Shown here one piece after another: positions 48,142 to 57,266 of a stretch of 64,000 bases of DNA. How positions within the stretch are numbered: the first letter of the stretch is position 1; every line of letters begins with the position of its first letter. The notes under the pieces were generated by a model that ran no database searches, was not told the origin of the DNA, and was given only the letters and a program-made list of their open reading frames with translations. The stretch covers positions 39,682-103,681 of the forward strand of contig JAJDCB010000023.1 of assembly GCA_029261065.1 (NCBI GenBank). Direction: 5' to 3'. This DNA comes from Candidatus Omnitrophota bacterium. GTDB lineage: Bacteria; Omnitrophota; Gorgyraeia; Zapsychrales; Zapsychraceae. The translations under genes were made by a program, and so were the position numbers.

Positions 48142-48181
48142 AAATCCTATTCCTTAATTATTAAGGAATAGGATTTTTTTT
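48142..48181 (+). terminator. Intrinsic terminator
   Basis: AAATCCTATTCCTTAA-TTA-TTAAGGAATAGGATTT plus T-run. Confidence 0.82.
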
Positions 48182-48204
48182 GATTTTGAATTATAATAAA
48201 GTTC

Positions 48205-48504
48205 ATGAAAGATTCGAATAATAATGAAGCGGGAACGTCAACGCGTTATCAAAAACATTTAAAAAAGAAACTCGAACTTTGGGAAGCTAAGTGCACACGT
48301 TGCGGGGTTTGTTGTGGGATTGTTGAGGGTGATCCTTGTGAGCATTTGGTGGAAGTGGGAAAGGGCGTTTATGGGTGTTCTATCTATGAGAATAGATTTG
48401 GAGAACATAAGACGGTGAGTGGTAAGGTCTTTCGATGTGTGCCGATACGAGATATTTTGCACAAATCCTGGCCAGGTGATCAATGTTGTGGGTATAAGAA
48501 ATAG
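48205..48504 (+). CDS. YkgJ-like CxxCxxCC cysteine-cluster protein
   Basis: CTRCGVCC…PCEHL…CSIYENRF. Confidence 0.8.
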   Translation: MKDSNNNEAGTSTRYQKHLKKKLELWEAKCTRCGVCCGIVEGDPCEHLVEVGKGVYGCSIYENRFGEHKTVSGKVFRCVPIRDILHKSWPGDQCCGYKK

Positions 48505-48575
48505 GTTTTTTTTGGGTTAAAAATTAAATTTGAAAATGGACTTGTATTGGCTCATAATGGAGCTTCTTGATATTT

Positions 48576-48743
48576 TGTCATTCCCGAGGCATCGGGAATC
48601 AAATGGATTCCGGCTCTTCGGCCGGAATGACATAAGAGTACTTGTCAGAATGACACGAGAGTATTTGTCGGAATGACACAAAAACACCTGTCATTCCCGA
48701 GACATCGGGAATCTATTAGGTTCTGGATCTTCGGCTGAAATGA
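48576..48743. repeat. REP cluster with 23-bp direct repeats
   Basis: TGTCATTCCCGAGGCATCGGGAATC, an inverted partner ending CCGGAATGACA, 23-bp units starting at 48624, 48647 and 48670, and a REP at 48689. Confidence 0.82.
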
Positions 48744-48768
48744 TCAACATGAGTAGTAAGGAGTAGTA

Positions 48769-49479
48769 ATGGATAATACAGGCGATTCTATATTTGCAGA
48801 TAATGCCAATTGGGATTTTGGGGGAGAGACGCCTCAAAATTTTGATCAACATGTTAATCGTTCTATTCCCTTGTATAGAGAAGGGCATGATCTTGTTTTA
48901 AAAATTTCTGATTTCTTTTTAAAAGATGGTTCCCTGTGTTATGAGCTAGGATGTTCGACAGGACAATTGATTTCCAAATTGGGTCAAAAATATCAAGAGC
49001 GCGATGTTAAGTTTGTGGGGGTTGATCGGGAAGAAGCGATGATTAAAAGAGCTGAAGATAAATGTAGGCCTCTCACAAATGTTGAGCTTGTGACATCAGA
49101 TATCTTAGATATTGCATTTCAATCCGCCGATCTTATTGTCGCTTATTACACCATTCAATTTATCTCCCCAAAAAATCGCCAAATAATTTTTGATCGTATC
49201 TTTAATGCTTTAAATTGGGGAGGAGCATTTCTACTGTTTGAAAAAGTACGAGCCCCAGACGCCCGATTCCAAGATATGACAACCTCACTTTATACAGATT
49301 TTAAACTCGATCAACAATACACCCCTGAAGAAATCATCTCAAAAGCGCGTAGTCTTAAAGGTGTCTTAGAACCTTTCTCAGCTCAAGCCAACTACGATCT
49401 TCTTAAACGCGCTGGATTTGTGGATTATATGACGGTTATGAAATACGTGTGTTTTGAGGGGATTTTAGCGATAAAATAG
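48769..49479 (+). CDS. CmoA-like SAM-dependent methyltransferase
   Basis: FDQHVNRSIPLY, YELGCSTG, YYTIQFI, FLLFEK, KARSLKGVL. Confidence 0.82.
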   Translation: MDNTGDSIFADNANWDFGGETPQNFDQHVNRSIPLYREGHDLVLKISDFFLKDGSLCYELGCSTGQLISKLGQKYQERDVKFVGVDREEAMIKRAEDKCRPLTNVELVTSDILDIAFQSADLIVAYYTIQFISPKNRQIIFDRIFNALNWGGAFLLFEKVRAPDARFQDMTTSLYTDFKLDQQYTPEEIISKARSLKGVLEPFSAQANYDLLKRAGFVDYMTVMKYVCFEGILAIK

Positions 49480-49522
49480 TCTTTTTGGAACCCTTGCCTT
49501 TTCTATGAAATGTGGTATTCTT

Positions 49523-49562
49523 ATAATGGTTAAATCACAATGGTTTAACCATTATGGTTTAA
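49523..49562. promoter_or_regulatory. Candidate operator of the fic gene
   Basis: Three ATGGTT(T/A)AA copies at 14-bp period plus the inverted repeat ATAATGGTTA/TAACCATTAT, just downstream of a TTGCCT…TGn-TATTCT promoter. Confidence 0.55.
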
Positions 49563-49578
49563 AAGTGAGGACATATCA

Positions 49579-50541
49579 TTGAAACCACCTTTTCAAATTA
49601 CAAAAGAAATCCATAATCTCTGTTTAGAGATATCTCGTTTAATAGTCCAATATGAAGGTTTAAGCCTACCAGCTCCTCAACTTGAGTTGAGAAAGCATGC
49701 AAAAATTCTTACGATTCAATCTAGTCTTGCTATTGAGGGCAACACGTTAACGATAAATCAGGTAACGGACATTATTAATAATAAAAAAATTGTTGGCCCT
49801 AAGAAGGATATATTAGAGGTTAAGAATGCTATAAAAGTTTATGATATTCTCAATAAATATGATTCCCAAGATTTAGATTCCCTTCTTGGGGCGCATAAAA
49901 TTCTCATGAGTGGTTTAATCAAAGATGCAGGGAAGCTGAGAAAGAATAATGTGGGTGTTAGAGCGGGGGATACTATTGTTCATATGGCTCCACCTTATAA
50001 GGTTGTCCCTGAGCTAATGAAGAAGCTTTTTCAATTTCTAAAAGTGGAGAAGGATTTAGATCCTCTTATTCGATCAAGTATTTTTCATTATGAATTTGAA
50101 TTTATTCATCCCTTTATGGATGGAAATGGTAGAATCGGTCGCTTGTGGCAATCTGTTATTCTTTATGATCATTCTAAAATTTTTGAGTATATCCCTATAG
50201 AGACCATTATTAAGCGTCGGCAAATGGAATATTATGAAGCCTTGCAAGCATCCACTAAAGAAGGGGCTTCGACGTTGTTTATTAAATTTATGCTTGAGGC
50301 GATTAAAGAAGCAACCGTTCAATTTACAAAAGATATTAAACCAGTACATCAAACAGCTGAAATGAGATTGAAGATGGCTCATGCTCATTTTGGGAATAGA
50401 TTGTTTAATCGAAAAGAATATTTAGCATTACATCATAATATTTCTCCTACAAGTGCAACACGAGATTTGTCTTTTGCAGCTGAGAGAAATATTCTCAAAA
50501 GGGTAGGAAAATTAAGTACAACCAAATACCATTTTTTATAA
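49579..50541 (+). CDS. Fic family protein (class II, intramolecular inhibitory motif) with C-terminal wHTH-like region
   Basis: HPFMDGNGRIGR catalytic motif; SLAIEGN (S/T)xxxE(G/N) motif; TSATRDL. Confidence 0.92.
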   Translation: MKPPFQITKEIHNLCLEISRLIVQYEGLSLPAPQLELRKHAKILTIQSSLAIEGNTLTINQVTDIINNKKIVGPKKDILEVKNAIKVYDILNKYDSQDLDSLLGAHKILMSGLIKDAGKLRKNNVGVRAGDTIVHMAPPYKVVPELMKKLFQFLKVEKDLDPLIRSSIFHYEFEFIHPFMDGNGRIGRLWQSVILYDHSKIFEYIPIETIIKRRQMEYYEALQASTKEGASTLFIKFMLEAIKEATVQFTKDIKPVHQTAEMRLKMAHAHFGNRLFNRKEYLALHHNISPTSATRDLSFAAERNILKRVGKLSTTKYHFL

Positions 50542-50615
50542 GAAAAAATGAATTTTTTTAGACGGTTTATAGTCCTTTACCAAAGATTTCTACTGTTATA
50601 AAATGCGTAATATCT

Positions 50616-53600
50616 ATGAGCACTTCACCAAATACTCAATTCCAATTTCCTGAAGTTCGTGTTGTGGAGGCATCCGCAGGCTCGGGCAAGACCTATGCGT
50701 TGTCCAAGCAATACATCCAGCTTTTATTAAATCCTAAACTATTGTTTGATCATGTTCCGATGCGTAATATCTTGGCGCTTACCTTTACCAACAAAGCCGC
50801 TTTTGAAATGAAAAGGCGTATTATTCAATTTTTAAAGATTATTGCTTTTAAACAGTTAACCAAAGATCAAGAAGAGGATGTTTTAGGATCCATTGGTATT
50901 AATCGTGAAGAGGCTAGTAAAAAAGCCTTTACGATTATGGAGGCGTTGATTAATAATTATAATTTCTTTCAAGTTCAAACCATTGATAAATTTATCAACG
51001 CGCTTCTTTCGGGTTGTGCTTTTAAAATTGGACTCACCGCTAATTTTCGCATCAAAACAAACTCCAAAGACTATTTAGAGTACAGTCTTGATCAACTCAT
51101 TGATCAAGCCTTGCGGGATAAAGACACGCTTAAACTTCTTCAAGAATTTCTGCACCATTATTTATATCTAGAAAATCGTCTTGGTTGGTTTCCTAAGAAG
51201 GATATGTTAGAGATTGTTAAAGCCTTGTTTATGCAAAATAACACGTATGGTCTGATGTTTGAAGAGACGGAATATTCGTCTCAAGATATTATTAAGAAGA
51301 AGAGATTGATTTTAGATGAGATGAGAAACTTAAAGAGTATCATGCCAGAAGGTGCGGATCTAAGGTTTGTGAAAGCTTTTGATAAATTTTTATTGGATCG
51401 TGAAAAGGGTTTTGATATTGATAGTATTTCGGATTATTTTAAAAGAGAAGTCTTTCCAGCTAAGAAGAATGTTGAGGTGTCACGCGCTGTTGAAAAATCT
51501 TGGGATAAGATTCACAAGAGTTTAAAACAGTTATGCGAAGAAGAAGCCTTTTCTTTGTTTAATCCTTATATTCAGATTTATGATCAGGTTAAAGGGATTT
51601 TTTTAGAACGTGCAGCCCGTGATGATGTTTTATTCTTAGAGGAATTAAATAAACGAGCGGGAGCTTTGTTTGATGATGATTATGTGACCGTTGAAGAGCT
51701 GTATTATCGATTGGCCACACGATTTCATCATTATTTGATTGATGAGTTTCAAGATACGAGTGCCCTTCAGTGGCATAATTTAGAGAAGATGGCAGAAGAG
51801 GCTTTATCCACGGGTGGTTCGTTATTTTATGTAGGAGATCGCAAGCAAGCGATTTATGGATTCCGAGGAGGAAATGTCGCGTTATTTGATCAGATAAAGA
51901 TGAGATTTAAAAGTTTTAATGTTCAAATTGCTCAGCTGACGAATAATTGGCGCAGTCAGAAAAGTGTTGTCGAATTTAATAATGCTGTTTTTGGGATGGA
52001 AAACTTAAAACATTTTATTGAACAAAAACAGGCGCGTGAGATAAGTAAGAAGAAAAAAAATCCTGTGGTCTTTTACGATGATGATTTTCTAGAGCTTCAA
52101 AATATCTTTGGGAGTTCTCAGCAATCCCATCAGCCAAAGAATGATAAAGGTTTTGTTTATATCCAAAAAATTGAGGCTGCAAAAAAGGAAGATCGCGACG
52201 AAATTATAAGAGAACATGTGCTTGAGCTTGTTGATGCTTTGCGTAAGCGGTTTTCTTTTTCGGATATTGCTTTTTTAACACGAAGTAATTATGAGGTCGA
52301 GCAGCTTACCAATTGGTTGCTTGAAGAGAAAATTCCAGTCGAGTCAGAGCGAACATCAAATATTAAAGAAAATGTTCTTATCGCTGAGATCGTCTCTTTC
52401 TTAAAGTTTCTTCACTCTCCTATTGATAATATCGCGTTTGCGGATTTTATTTTGGGCGACATTTTCACAAAGGCAACGGGCCTTTCTAAGACAACGATTC
52501 AAGAGTTTGTCTTTTTGTTAAGAGCGCGAACATCAAAGGAACGTGATTTTTATATTTATACAGAATTTCGAAAACAGTTCCCTGAGGTTTGGGATAAGTA
52601 TATTGAAAGTTCTTTTGCGAATGTTGGTCTGTATCCTCTGTATGAATTGGCGATTAGTTTTTATAGTCTCTATGACTGCCTAAATCTTTTTCCTGAGTTT
52701 CAAGGGTACTTAATGCATTTTTTAGAAATCATTAAGAATCAAGAGGAAGAGCATTCTGATATTGAATCTTTTTTAGAATATTATGATGAGCTTATTGGGG
52801 AGGCGTTGTATGTGCATGTGACAGACACCGATGCCATCAAAATTCTTACAGTGCATAAATCTAAAGGGCTTGAGTTCCCCGTCGTCATTATTCCCTTTCT
52901 AGGGATGGATGTTCAAGTCGGTGTTTCTCAAGAACAACAAATGTCTTATATCCTTCAAGAACATGAAAATTCTTTACAGTTATTGAGACTTAAGGGTAAG
53001 TATTTAGGGTTCTCAGAGAAGTTGTATGAGATTTATGCGAAAGAATATAAAAAGGCATTTATATCCGAGTTAAATAATATTTATGTCGCCATGACGCGTG
53101 CCCAACATGAATTGTATGCCTTTATCCCCGAAAAAATTGGTCAGAGTTTTAATTTGGCCCAACTGTTGATTCCAGAAGATGTTTATCAATGTGGTCAACC
53201 TCACATTTATGAAAAGTCCAAAGCTAAGTCAATGGCGGTTAAGAGATTAAGCGCCTCTTCTTATCAAGATTGGATTCATTTTTTGAACGATGAATTTTTA
53301 GATGAGGATCAGATCCATAATAGGCAAAAGAAGCTTGGGGGTGAAGTTGTTCATAGTATGTTGTCTTTTATTGGGAATCTTGCTCACGAAGATAAAGAAT
53401 TGGCCCTGGAACAAGCCTATAGTCATGCTCAAATGAATTTTCCTTTTGTCGATCATTTGGACGCTTATCTAAAAAAAGTGAAACAACTTCTTAACAATAA
53501 ACGTTTTGAGTCCATCTTTTCTGATAAAGATGCGCAAGTGTTTACGGAAAAAGAAATTGTTAACGCGTTTGGGCATAGTAAAAGGATTGATCGGCTGATT

Positions 53601-53810
53601 GTTAAGACAAGTGAGGTTTGGATTGTTGATTATAAATCGTCGCAAGATGAGGGCGGTGATTATGAAAAACAAGTGGGAGAATATATGGCTTTGGTTGATA
53701 AGTTGTATCCTCAGCATGAGATCAAAGGATTTATTGTTTACTTAGATGATTTACATATGCAAGAAGTGAAATCAATCAGCACTGTCATTACTGAGACATC
53801 AGGAATCTAA
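50616..53810 (+). CDS. addA: UvrD-type helicase / RecB-family nuclease (AddA-like)
   Basis: ASAGSGKT, LTFTNKAA, IDEFQDT, VGDRKQAIYGFRGG, TVHKSKGLEF, YVAMTRA; C-terminal RIDRL…IVDYKS. Confidence 0.88.
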   Translation: MSTSPNTQFQFPEVRVVEASAGSGKTYALSKQYIQLLLNPKLLFDHVPMRNILALTFTNKAAFEMKRRIIQFLKIIAFKQLTKDQEEDVLGSIGINREEASKKAFTIMEALINNYNFFQVQTIDKFINALLSGCAFKIGLTANFRIKTNSKDYLEYSLDQLIDQALRDKDTLKLLQEFLHHYLYLENRLGWFPKKDMLEIVKALFMQNNTYGLMFEETEYSSQDIIKKKRLILDEMRNLKSIMPEGADLRFVKAFDKFLLDREKGFDIDSISDYFKREVFPAKKNVEVSRAVEKSWDKIHKSLKQLCEEEAFSLFNPYIQIYDQVKGIFLERAARDDVLFLEELNKRAGALFDDDYVTVEELYYRLATRFHHYLIDEFQDTSALQWHNLEKMAEEALSTGGSLFYVGDRKQAIYGFRGGNVALFDQIKMRFKSFNVQIAQLTNNWRSQKSVVEFNNAVFGMENLKHFIEQKQAREISKKKKNPVVFYDDDFLELQNIFGSSQQSHQPKNDKGFVYIQKIEAAKKEDRDEIIREHVLELVDALRKRFSFSDIAFLTRSNYEVEQLTNWLLEEKIPVESERTSNIKENVLIAEIVSFLKFLHSPIDNIAFADFILGDIFTKATGLSKTTIQEFVFLLRARTSKERDFYIYTEFRKQFPEVWDKYIESSFANVGLYPLYELAISFYSLYDCLNLFPEFQGYLMHFLEIIKNQEEEHSDIESFLEYYDELIGEALYVHVTDTDAIKILTVHKSKGLEFPVVIIPFLGMDVQVGVSQEQQMSYILQEHENSLQLLRLKGKYLGFSEKLYEIYAKEYKKAFISELNNIYVAMTRAQHELYAFIPEKIGQSFNLAQLLIPEDVYQCGQPHIYEKSKAKSMAVKRLSASSYQDWIHFLNDEFLDEDQIHNRQKKLGGEVVHSMLSFIGNLAHEDKELALEQAYSHAQMNFPFVDHLDAYLKKVKQLLNNKRFESIFSDKDAQVFTEKEIVNAFGHSKRIDRLIVKTSEVWIVDYKSSQDEGGDYEKQVGEYMALVDKLYPQHEIKGFIVYLDDLHMQEVKSISTVITETSGI

Positions 53811-53903
53811 TGGATTCCCGATGTCTCGGGAATGACAGGCTCCGGTTTGTCATTCCCGCGAAGGCGGGAATCTAATGGTTTTCCCCCGTCATGGGGGAAT
53901 GAT
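53783..53903. repeat. Four-REP cluster between addA and addB
   Basis: Two inverted REP doublets; the first encodes the last residues (VITETSGI*) and stop of the helicase. Confidence 0.85.
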
Positions 53904-53928
53904 AGATATAAAAATTAAATGGTGATAA

Positions 53929-56724
53929 ATGTCTAACATCAAAACTTATAGTTTCTGTGACAGTTATATCGACCGGCTTGTTGATTATATAGAGAAAGAG
54001 TATGTCGCCAAAAACGCTGATTTAAGTCGCTTAGCGATTTGTTTTGGTGGAAAAAGGCCAGCCCTTTTTGTTAAAAGGGAGTTAGCTCGAAGACTAAAAG
54101 TAGATTATTTCCCACCGCGTTTTTTTACCATCGATGAATTAGTACGTACGATCGTTAATCGCAAAGAACCGATGAGCCAAGGCATTGATTTGGATCATTG
54201 TTATTTGATTTATAATCTCGCCAAAGAGCATACCCCTAAAATCCTTTTAGGGCGGGAGACGTTTGCTCAATTTTTACCTTGGACCCGCGAAATATTGGGG
54301 TTTATTGATCAGCTTGATCTTGAAAATATTGATGAGAAAAAGATTTTAAACATTCAAGAGAACGCTGAAATTGGCTATGCCGTTCCTGATGACATTAATC
54401 ATTTATTAGAAAACATCCTCGTGCTTCGAAAAGTTTATCATGAATCTTTATTGAAGAATAAACACATGTCGCGAGGACTACAGTATTTATTGGCTGGAGA
54501 ATACATCAAAGATGTTTCCTTTGATGAATATGATCATTTTTTATTTTGCAATTTTTTCTATTTCAATGCCTCAGAAGAAGCCATTGTCAAAACGCTACAT
54601 CAACGTAATCAAGCGACGTTATTGTTTCAGGGCGATCAACGCAAATGGCCTGTTTTACAGCGTATATCCCAAAGATTTAAAGCTGACATTCTTGAAGGAA
54701 AAGAACCTGAACCGACGAAATTTGATTTAAAACTCTACGCGGGATTTGATGCGCATTCTCAAGTCTCTTTGGTTCGCGAAATACTTAAAACTTGCGAGAC
54801 GCTTGACAACACGGTTGTTGTTCTCCCCAATCCTGATCACATCGTTGTCCTTTTATCAGAAATAACGGCCCTCCTTAAAGAGTTTAATATCTCCATGGGA
54901 TATCCTCTGAAACGAAGCAGCCTTTATACGCTATTTGAATTTATTTTTAAGGCCCAGAGCACGCGAAAAGAAAACCGTTTTTATGCTAAAGATTATTTAA
55001 AGGTGTTACGCCATCCCTTTGTTAAGAATTTAAAGTTATCACCTAACCCTACAATCACACGCATTTTGGTTCATAAGTTAGAGGAGATTCTTACAGGAAA
55101 AGAGCGGGCGTCTATTTCGGGGAGTTTATTTTTAGATTTAGAGGATGTTGTTACTTGTGATGAGCTTTACATGATTACGCTCGAAGTCTTAGATCGTTTG
55201 GGTATTACAACGGATAGAAGAGAGATTCAAACGGTGTTAGAAAAATTGCATGATCTTGTTTTTGAAAGTTGGGGGCGTGTGACAACGTTTAAAAACTTTT
55301 CCGCCGTTCTTGAGCGATTCCTTGATGTTTTGATTCAAAAAAGTTTCTTAAAAAATTATCCTTTAAATATTAATATTGCAACCAAGATGTATGAGATAAA
55401 GGATGAATTTCTTAACGCGTCTTTTAGTGAAGAAGATTTTCCTCAAGAAGATATCTTTAAAATTTTTGATAGCAAGGTCTCACGTGAAATTGTGGCCTTT
55501 ATTGGTTCGCCGCTAAAAGGTCTACAGATGTTAGGGCTTTTTGAAACGCGTTCCCTTAATTTTGAGAATGTCATTATCTTGGATGTCAATGAAGGGGCCT
55601 TACCACGATTAAACATTTATGAACCTCTCATTCCTCGTGAGGTTATGATTAGTTTGAATTTAGATCGTTTAGAATTGGAAGAAGAAATTCAGCGGTATCA
55701 ATTTATGAGACTTATTTCTTCAGCTAAGAATGTGCATCTTGTTTATCAAGAAAGAAAAGATAAAGAACGTTCTCGTTTTATTGAGGAGCTTATTTGGGAA
55801 GATGAAAAGAAGGCCGGCGCGATTCAAGAACCGGAGGTAACGCATGCTAACTTTGAAGTGAAAGTTCAGCCGCAAAAAAAAGTTGTTAAAAAAACACCGC
55901 AAATGATTGAAGCGTTACGTAATCATAAATATTCGGCTTCAAGCATCAACACCTATTTACGAAATCCCATGGATTTTTATCGTAGTTATGTGTTGGGTCT
56001 AAAAGAGCAGGATGATCTGCTTGATGAACCTGATGCGCGCCATGTTGGAACGTTTATGCATGGGTTGTTGGAACATAGTTTTGCGCCATATCTTAAGAAG
56101 AAACCGGTCGTTGATAGTAAGTTTCGTACTCGTGTCACAAAACTCTTTGAACAACGTTTCGATGATACCTTTGGCAAAGCGATGAAGACAGATTCAATCT
56201 TGCTGAAATCTGTCATCGCCGAACGCTTAAATCGTTTTTTAGATAATGAAGAAAAATCCGCTAGTCGCCAGATTGAAGAAATTCTATACTTAGAACATCG
56301 CTTTGAAAACACGATTGCACTATCCTGCGGAGATATTCGTTTTGGTTATATTGTCGATCGTGTTGATAAGTTAAAAGATGGCACGATCATGATCCTCGAT
56401 TATAAAACGGGTAATACTAATCTTATGCCTCGAGCCATAGACCGGATTGCCACAATGGAGATGAGTCGCGAAAACATTCGCAATCACATCAAATCCTTTC
56501 AAATCCCTCTTTATTTTAATTACTTGCACGAACAATTCAAAGATAAGCCCATCAATGCGGCTTTATATAATCTAAGAACATTAGAAGTTAGCCCCTTTCT
56601 TGATAAAAAAATGACTTATTCCAGAGAGTACATTAATGACACATTTCTTAAGTCTTTGGATTATATTCTCAGCGAGATTCTTAATCCCGAGCAGGATTTT
56701 GAAGAAGATGAGGCGTTTCGATAA
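53929..56724 (+). CDS. addB: PD-(D/E)XK nuclease partner (AddB-like)
   Basis: GLFETRSLNF, YSASSINTY, IVDRVD…ILDYKTG, FQIPLY; adjacent to addA. Confidence 0.8.
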   Translation: MSNIKTYSFCDSYIDRLVDYIEKEYVAKNADLSRLAICFGGKRPALFVKRELARRLKVDYFPPRFFTIDELVRTIVNRKEPMSQGIDLDHCYLIYNLAKEHTPKILLGRETFAQFLPWTREILGFIDQLDLENIDEKKILNIQENAEIGYAVPDDINHLLENILVLRKVYHESLLKNKHMSRGLQYLLAGEYIKDVSFDEYDHFLFCNFFYFNASEEAIVKTLHQRNQATLLFQGDQRKWPVLQRISQRFKADILEGKEPEPTKFDLKLYAGFDAHSQVSLVREILKTCETLDNTVVVLPNPDHIVVLLSEITALLKEFNISMGYPLKRSSLYTLFEFIFKAQSTRKENRFYAKDYLKVLRHPFVKNLKLSPNPTITRILVHKLEEILTGKERASISGSLFLDLEDVVTCDELYMITLEVLDRLGITTDRREIQTVLEKLHDLVFESWGRVTTFKNFSAVLERFLDVLIQKSFLKNYPLNINIATKMYEIKDEFLNASFSEEDFPQEDIFKIFDSKVSREIVAFIGSPLKGLQMLGLFETRSLNFENVIILDVNEGALPRLNIYEPLIPREVMISLNLDRLELEEEIQRYQFMRLISSAKNVHLVYQERKDKERSRFIEELIWEDEKKAGAIQEPEVTHANFEVKVQPQKKVVKKTPQMIEALRNHKYSASSINTYLRNPMDFYRSYVLGLKEQDDLLDEPDARHVGTFMHGLLEHSFAPYLKKKPVVDSKFRTRVTKLFEQRFDDTFGKAMKTDSILLKSVIAERLNRFLDNEEKSASRQIEEILYLEHRFENTIALSCGDIRFGYIVDRVDKLKDGTIMILDYKTGNTNLMPRAIDRIATMEMSRENIRNHIKSFQIPLYFNYLHEQFKDKPINAALYNLRTLEVSPFLDKKMTYSREYINDTFLKSLDYILSEILNPEQDFEEDEAFR

Positions 56725-56782
56725 GGGAAAATAACGGCGTTCGCATTGGATTCAAGCTGAGCTGAGTGGTATACTTACACTA

Positions 56783-57223
56783 ATGAACAGTAATCATCCA
56801 AAAAAGGGATTTAGCCTCACAGAGCTTGTTGTCGTTATGGTTCTTGTTGGGGTTATTGCAGCCATGGCTATTCCAACTTATACAACAATGGTGCAAAAAA
56901 GAAGAGAGCAAGCCGTAAGACTGAAGTTACAGACGATACATGCGGCTAATTTGATTTATAAAGCAAAAAATGATGTTTATTATAATGACAATAGTACTAA
57001 TATTGCAGACGTGAATACGGCGCTTCAAACGAATGTTAATATAGAAAGTTATGAACAACTTGGTTATCAAGTTAATGATCCTGCTTACATTATCGTAATT
57101 TTTATTGCCACCGATGGTAACGGGGTAGGTGTGAGATTACTTGATGCTGTTATGGATGATAATAACCCTTGTTGTATTGTTGGGACAGGTTGGGACTCTT
57201 GTATATCTATGCCAGATTGTTAA
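56783..57223 (+). CDS. Type IV pilin-like protein
   Basis: Class III signal KKG|FSLTELVVVMVLVGVIAAMAIP; C-terminal cysteines. Confidence 0.9.
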   Translation: MNSNHPKKGFSLTELVVVMVLVGVIAAMAIPTYTTMVQKRREQAVRLKLQTIHAANLIYKAKNDVYYNDNSTNIADVNTALQTNVNIESYEQLGYQVNDPAYIIVIFIATDGNGVGVRLLDAVMDDNNPCCIVGTGWDSCISMPDC

Positions 57224-57266
57224 ATAATTTTTCCCCTGCCATTTTTAATTAATTATCTATTGTTAT

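Noticed and set aside
48624-48679. Possible mini CRISPR array
   Set aside because: The units are adjacent near-identical 23-mers with no unique spacers, derive from REP ends, and there are no cas genes in the window.
48691-48888. 65-aa minus-strand ORF
   Set aside because: Antisense to the CmoA-like gene and ends in REP sequence.
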